From an uncultured archaeon (GTDB taxonomy: Archaea > Asgardarchaeota > Jordiarchaeia > Jordiarchaeales > Jordiarchaeaceae), in assembly GCA_964510585.1 (NCBI GenBank), contig CAZECW010000158.1:1-22117 (forward strand): a stretch of 22,117 nt of DNA, given 5' to 3'. Shown piece by piece: positions 17,416 through 22,117 of this stretch. Below the pieces are notes generated by a model. That model was not told the origin of the DNA. It did not search any database and saw nothing but the letters and a program-made list of their open reading frames with translations. Every line of letters begins with the position of its first letter. The stretch's first letter is position 1. A program made the translations under genes and the position numbers.

Positions 17416-18069
17416 TTATGTTACTCCTAGAAGTTCTTTGGCTAGTTTTACCGCCTCCACGGCGTCGGTGGCGAATCCATCGGCTCCAATCTCTTCAGCC
17501 CACTTCTCGGTGACTATGGCTCCGCCAATAATGTATTTGACCTTGTCGCGGATTCCATATTGTTCAAGGGCTTTTGCCACGTTGAGCTGTTCTTGCATGG
17601 TCATGGTGAGCATGGCGGAGGCTCCAACTATGTCTGCGTTTAGCTCCTTGGCTTTTTTGGCGAATTCTTCCGGCTGGACATCTTTGCCCAAGTCGTAAAC
17701 CTCAAATCCATTTGCGAAGAGCATGGAGGCCACAATATTTTTCCCTATGTCGTGGATGTCGCCAAAAACTGTGCCAATAACCACCCTCCCTACGGGTTCC
17801 CGTGATTCTCCGCTTTTCTTGAGAGCAGGTTCCAAGACCTCTTTTATTGCGCCCTGAGCAGCATCCCCAGCAGCTATTAGCTGAGGCAGGAAGAACTCCC
17901 CACTCTCAAATTTGTCTCCGAAATCTCTCAAAACATCGGTTAGCACATCTATGAGTTTCAGGGGACTCACACCCTTATCTAGGGAGTCTTTGAGGATTTT
18001 GGCCAGCTTTTCCTCTTCAAATTCCAGCAATGCTTCCTCAATATCCTTTCGGATTTTCTCCTCGGACAA
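17416..18069 (-). CDS. Methyltransferase cognate corrinoid protein (MttC/MtbC-like)
   Basis: N-terminal cap (GDKFESGEFFLPQLI) plus B12-binding GTVFGDIHDIGKNIV (DxHxxG), DLGKDV, IVGASAML, IIGGA; TTG start with GAGGTGA SD; 14 nt upstream of mttB. Confidence 0.93.
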   Translation of the reverse strand: MSEEKIRKDIEEALLEFEEEKLAKILKDSLDKGVSPLKLIDVLTDVLRDFGDKFESGEFFLPQLIAAGDAAQGAIKEVLEPALKKSGESREPVGRVVIGTVFGDIHDIGKNIVASMLFANGFEVYDLGKDVQPEEFAKKAKELNADIVGASAMLTMTMQEQLNVAKALEQYGIRDKVKYIIGGAIVTEKWAEEIGADGFATDAVEAVKLAKELLGVT

Positions 18070-18160
18070 AACATCACCTCAAAATACCCACAATTACGGT
18101 ACATTTTGACTATGACAAAGGTGGTCACAGTTCATTTTCCTATTATCTTATGCTCTACGA

Positions 18161-18168
18161 ATTTAAAA
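18161..18168 (-). promoter_or_regulatory. Putative TATA box of the corrinoid protein-mttB operon
   Basis: TTTTAAAT on the minus strand about 92 nt upstream of TTG 18069, within the divergent intergenic region. Confidence 0.3.
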
Positions 18169-18421
18169 TTATTCTCTTCCTAAAAAAGCGGAGCGGAATA
18201 ATTGTTCGGGTTCCTGTTTCCTCCTTTAGGAGGCGCTTTTGCAAACTCGCCTTTAAAATCTCCTTGAGAGCGTTTCCATTTTAGAGTAAATATTAGGAAA
18301 AATGAACGAAAGCAATGCAAAAGGAATAAAAATAGGATTGAGAATTTCTCTATCGGTTTTCCTTGCTTACTCATCGGCGACGATGGCTTATGGCTGAGTG
18401 GCTTGTGTGAGGTGGTTTCGA

Positions 18422-19735
18422 GTGAAATATCTTTACTGGAATAAGGACGTGGAGCTTTTTTCAAGGGAAGAACTTGAGAGGATGCAATCTAAGAGATTGA
18501 GGAGCATGGTCAAATACTGCTGTGATAATGTTCGCCTGTATAATGAGAGGTTTAAAAAGGCTGGGCTGAATCCCGAGGACATAAAATCCGTTAAGGATGT
18601 CACTAAGATTCCCTTCACCTTTAAGGATGACCTTAGAGAAAACTATCCCTTCAAAATGTTTGCTAAACCCTTGGAGGAAATCGTTAGGCTACACGCCAGC
18701 TCGGGGACAAGCGGCTCCCCCACAGTTGTGGGGTACACTCGCAACGATATTGAGACCTGGACTGAGCTTATGGCTCGCACCATCACCTGTCCAGGAGGTC
18801 ATAAGGGAGACATTTTGCAGAACGCCTACGGTTATGGGCTTTTTACCGGAGGCTTAGGATTCCACTATGGTGGTGAAAGAATTGGGGCCGCGGTCATTCC
18901 AATCTCGGGCGGAAATACCAGTCTCCAGATTAAGTTGATGAGAGATTTTGGCTCAACCATCCTTACCTGCACCCCATCCTACTCCCTATACATTGCGGAA
19001 TATGCGAAGCAGGAAGGAGTAAATATAGAGAAGGAAATCAAACTGCGACTGGGAATTTTTGGAGCTGAACCTTCCTCAGAAACTCTGAGAAATAAAATTG
19101 AAAACTCCCTAAACATTGATGCCTTCGACATATACGGACTCTCAGAAATATATGGTCCAGGAGTTTCCGTTGAGTGTCCTGAGAAGAACGGGTTACACAT
19201 ATGGGAGGACCAGATACTTCCAGAAGTTATCGATAAAGAAACAAGGGAACCGGTTTCACCAGGAGAGAAGGGAATCCTACTTTTCACACCCCTCACCAAG
19301 GAGGGTGTTCCACTCTTGAGATATATTACAAATGACATTGCCTCCCTGAACTATGAGAAATGCAATTGCAACCGCGAAATGGTTAGGATGTCTAAGGTTA
19401 CGGGAAGAGCTGACGACATGCTCATAGTCAGAGGAGTTAACGTTTATCCCTCACAGATAGAGCATGTCCTAATGGGAATACCTGGCGTTGGTGAGAATTA
19501 CCAGATAGTTGTTGACCGAGACATTCTTGACACTCTGACAGTTAGGGTTGAAGTTACTCAGGAAAAGTTTTCCGATAGAATTAAGGATTTGGAGAACTTT
19601 CAGAGAATGATTGAGGAAAGATTGTTTGAGGCGCTTAGGGTTAAGGTTAAAATTGAGCTAGTCGCTCCCGGCGAGATTCCCAGGTCTATGGGGAAGGCTA
19701 AGAGAGTTATAGACTTAAGGAAGGAAAACATTTAA
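18422..19735 (+). CDS. paaK: Phenylacetate-CoA ligase family (PaaK-like adenylate-forming enzyme)
   Basis: RLHASSGTSGSPTVV, YGYGLFTGGLG, DIYGLSEIYGPGV, GRADDMLIVRGVNVYPSQIE, GKAKRVIDLR; GTG 18422 follows GAGGTGG SD (the ORF track starts at 18398). Confidence 0.9.
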   Translation: MKYLYWNKDVELFSREELERMQSKRLRSMVKYCCDNVRLYNERFKKAGLNPEDIKSVKDVTKIPFTFKDDLRENYPFKMFAKPLEEIVRLHASSGTSGSPTVVGYTRNDIETWTELMARTITCPGGHKGDILQNAYGYGLFTGGLGFHYGGERIGAAVIPISGGNTSLQIKLMRDFGSTILTCTPSYSLYIAEYAKQEGVNIEKEIKLRLGIFGAEPSSETLRNKIENSLNIDAFDIYGLSEIYGPGVSVECPEKNGLHIWEDQILPEVIDKETREPVSPGEKGILLFTPLTKEGVPLLRYITNDIASLNYEKCNCNREMVRMSKVTGRADDMLIVRGVNVYPSQIEHVLMGIPGVGENYQIVVDRDILDTLTVRVEVTQEKFSDRIKDLENFQRMIEERLFEALRVKVKIELVAPGEIPRSMGKAKRVIDLRKENI

Positions 19736-19754
19736 AATATGGAGGAATGAGCTG

Positions 19755-20174
19755 ATGGTTAAACAGATTTCTGTTTTTCTCCAGAACAGACCCGGCACTC
19801 TGGCAAACTTAACAAAAATACTCCTTGATAAAAAAATAAACATAAGGGCGCTTACCGTTGCAGATACCTCGGACTATGGAATCATCAGGATGATTGTGGA
19901 CGACCCCGAAAAAACCCTAAAAGTTCTGAAAGACAGTGAGTACTTGGTTTCAGAAACAGAAGTCGTAGCAGTGGAGGCTCAGGATAAGCCAGGCGGACTC
20001 TACGAAATAGCATCCACCCTAGGAGAAAAAAACGTGAACATAGAGTACCTATACACCACACTGAAAGAGGGAAAAGCCATAATGATAATAAGGGTCTCAG
20101 ACATCGAAGCAGCCATAGAAGCCCTAAAGAGCGGCGGATTCAAACTGGTAAGCGAAAAAGAACTCTACGAATAA
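19755..20174 (+). CDS. Tandem ACT-domain protein (type commonly paired with paaK)
   Basis: KQISVFLQNRPGTLA...INIRAL and DKPGGL...NVNIEYLY, two ACT repeats; GGAGG SD; 19 nt after paaK. Confidence 0.9.
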   Translation: MVKQISVFLQNRPGTLANLTKILLDKKINIRALTVADTSDYGIIRMIVDDPEKTLKVLKDSEYLVSETEVVAVEAQDKPGGLYEIASTLGEKNVNIEYLYTTLKEGKAIMIIRVSDIEAAIEALKSGGFKLVSEKELYE

Positions 20175-20271
20175 CAATATAAATCCACACCCCACCGTCT
20201 AATGGGATAAAAAGGTCTAAACGCTGGAACCCTGATTAGAAATGTAGACGCTTAAAGGGGGCTTTTGAAGA

Positions 20272-20898
20272 TTGTCAAAAATTGAACAGGACTTGGAAGA
20301 ACTAAGCAAAATAGCTTTGAAGGAAGGAGCATCCAGAGCCAAAGCCATAGATACAAGCCTAATTGTGGTAGACGAGAGAGTGCAGCTGAAATGCAAGTAT
20401 CCACCCTGCATCAATTATGGAAAAAACCTCATGTGCCCTCCCCACACCCCAACTGCCAAAGAGTTCAGAGAGATCCTCCAAAAATATAAGCACGCCATAA
20501 TCTTCCAAATAGACAAAACAATAAACAAAGAAATACAAGACTACCTCAAAAACAAGGCAACAACCCTCCTAGACCTAACCAAAGACGAAAAATTCGCAGA
20601 ACTACTACTAAGTAAAGGCTTAGGAAACGAAGGAGCAGAAGCCAACAAAATAATAACTGCCATAGAAAGAGAAGCATTCAAAAGGGGATACCGCCTAACA
20701 CTAGGACTTACAACAGGACCCTGCATACTTTGCAAAGAATGCAACCCCCAAAACACCTGCAAACACCCCTTTGAAGCAAGGCCATCAATGGAAGCCGTAG
20801 GAATAGACGTCTCAAAAACCGCGGAAAACGCGGGGTTCAAAATACAGTGGGGAACAAAAGAATCAATGAACCTCACAGCCCTAGTACTAATCGATTAA
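20272..20898 (+). CDS. DUF2284 family predicted metal-binding protein
   Basis: VVDERVQLKCKYPPCINYGKNLMCPP and GPCILCKEC...CKHPFEARPSMEAVGIDV. Confidence 0.85.
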   Translation: MSKIEQDLEELSKIALKEGASRAKAIDTSLIVVDERVQLKCKYPPCINYGKNLMCPPHTPTAKEFREILQKYKHAIIFQIDKTINKEIQDYLKNKATTLLDLTKDEKFAELLLSKGLGNEGAEANKIITAIEREAFKRGYRLTLGLTTGPCILCKECNPQNTCKHPFEARPSMEAVGIDVSKTAENAGFKIQWGTKESMNLTALVLID

Positions 20899-21199
20899 AA
20901 ACAACTTAATTTAGAAATAAAGCCTCTATACCCCATTCATATCCAGCCACTACACGAAAAATCCATTAAGTTTCGTCTAAAACACACAAATAGATAAGAA
21001 TTTGCTGTGTCAATTAATTGATGAGTCCTGTATTTTGGTGTAGCCTTACTATTTTAAACCACCCAAAAACGAATTAAAAAACAGACCACATCAAAACACT
21101 ACCTCGCAAAGATTGCAGAACCCTGTGAAAATAAAATTAGGAAAAAAGAGAGGAGATATTTTCTCCCCTATATAAACTTTTGACAAATCTTAAAAATTA

Positions 21200-21904
21200 C
21201 TAAATCATGTAGCACTTGAATATACAATGTGGTTTGTAGGATTCTTCTCGTTCGTAGTCCCAGTCAAAACCTGTTAAAATTTTTAGAAATCGGCATGTAA
21301 CTGCTCCAGTACTGCACCTTAGCCTGCCGTCTGGTCGTTTAAGCAACCCCTCAACAAAAGCTTTTTCACACGCTTCTCTTGTGGGGCAGTCTATAAAGAG
21401 GATTTCTACACTTCCATCTCCTTTTTTCCTGTACCCCATTTCAGCTGGGGCAACTTTTAATCCAACTATGGTATTGCGAAACATTGATAGACTTTGTTCT
21501 AGGTCAATGTTTCGTTCTTTAATGGTTGAGATATCCACCATTTTCTTGGTAACACCTATTGCTTGGAGGAAGGTTCCGGCTCCAGTTTGTCCCTGTAGCT
21601 CATTTTCAGTCTTTATTTGGGCATAGGACAATGCACAAATTGGTTTATCGTATTTGATGGTTTCTGAAGATAAATAGTTTTCCAGTTGGTCTAGGTCTTT
21701 AATGCCTTGGGGTTGCGGTTCTCCGGTTTTTTGGGCTAAAAACTCCAAGCTATTCTTTATAATTTTGGCGGTGAATACTGGACCATACATTTTTTCTTGG
21801 TCTTTCATTCCTTTGATCATTATGTCCACTAGAGCCTTTTTGTCAATCTTTTCGTACGGCGGCTTTTCAAACATGGTGAAACCATGTAAATCCATAATGG
21901 TCAC
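21200..21904 (-). CDS. Hypothetical protein with a C-terminal V4R/MetOD-like Cys-containing domain
   Basis: 234-aa ORF; VEILFIDCPTREAC...RLRCSTG...LTG...HCIFKC pattern; start could be ATG 21895. Confidence 0.65.
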   Translation of the reverse strand: MTIMDLHGFTMFEKPPYEKIDKKALVDIMIKGMKDQEKMYGPVFTAKIIKNSLEFLAQKTGEPQPQGIKDLDQLENYLSSETIKYDKPICALSYAQIKTENELQGQTGAGTFLQAIGVTKKMVDISTIKERNIDLEQSLSMFRNTIVGLKVAPAEMGYRKKGDGSVEILFIDCPTREACEKAFVEGLLKRPDGRLRCSTGAVTCRFLKILTGFDWDYEREESYKPHCIFKCYMI

Positions 21905-21920
21905 TCTCTCACTTGCATTG

Positions 21921-21949
21921 ATGTGTATATACTTTGGTATGTGTATATA
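21921..21949. repeat. 11-bp direct repeat ATGTGTATATA x2 (period 18) in the promoter region of the V4R-like gene
   Basis: Copies at 21921-21931 and 21939-21949. Confidence 0.6.
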
Positions 21950-22034
21950 TATGTTATACTATTAATTAAATTTTTCGGGCATAAAAAGTTTTTAGTGCAC
22001 TTTGGGGATTGGATTGTCCAACAACCTTGGTACG

Positions 22035-22115
22035 TCACGCCTTAAAGACCTTCTTGAGGCGTATTTTCTCCCACGCAGTCCTCTTAAACCCTCCTCCGAG
22101 GAGCCTGAGGCTTAA
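22035..22115 (-). CDS. Possible C-terminal fragment of a gene truncated by the window edge
   Basis: Open frame LSLRLLGGGFKRTAWEKIRLKKVFKA* running in from the window end; no recognisable motif. Confidence 0.3.
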   Translation of the reverse strand, partial: LSLRLLGGGFKRTAWEKIRLKKVFKA

Positions 22116-22117
22116 TT

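Noticed and set aside
18070-18421. Cobalamin riboswitch upstream of the corrinoid protein gene
   Set aside because: No B12-box or conserved core recognisable; only short hairpins are present
261-21965. Numerous 60-190 aa ORFs in the track that overlap the main genes on the opposite strand or in other frames (e.g. 672-1010, 7128-7700, 13056-13562, 16959-17513)
   Set aside because: They are shadow ORFs of well-supported genes, with no motifs or SD sites
1-22117. CRISPR arrays, tRNA/rRNA genes, transposase or integrase genes
   Set aside because: No regularly spaced repeats, cloverleaf or rRNA-like segments, or DDE/tyrosine recombinase motifs were seen by eye

Overview
Archaeal-type 22 kb window: GGAGG/GAGGTG Shine-Dalgarno sites, frequent TTG/GTG starts and TTTATA-type promoter boxes. 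An Asgard or related anaerobic sediment archaeon is plausible, but that is inference only. Almost all of it encodes anaerobic catabolic enzymes. The most interesting part is a minus-strand run of M28-fold protein, glycyl-radical enzyme (GRE), GRE activase and divergent lipoate-ligase-family protein. The GRE has a CMxP thiyl loop, a downstream Arg and C-terminal motifs resembling the fumarate-adding (BssA/AssA-type) branch rather than PFL or CVE-type eliminases, and no small beta/gamma subunit genes lie next to it. Around it are an acyl-CoA dehydrogenase with an unusual C-terminal winged-helix-like extension, two paralogous crotonases lacking both canonical catalytic Glu residues, and a Glu/Leu/Phe/Val dehydrogenase without the glutamate-specificity Lys. 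There is also a non-pyrrolysine MttB-family methyltransferase with its corrinoid protein, a PaaK-ACT-DUF2284 operon, a YyaL/SPATA20 protein, a V4R-like Cys protein and one orphan ORF. A 133-bp MITE-like element (17-bp perfect TIRs, TTAT target duplication) lies at 15712-15844. No rRNA, tRNA or CRISPR was seen. All family alignments are from memory and were not computed.
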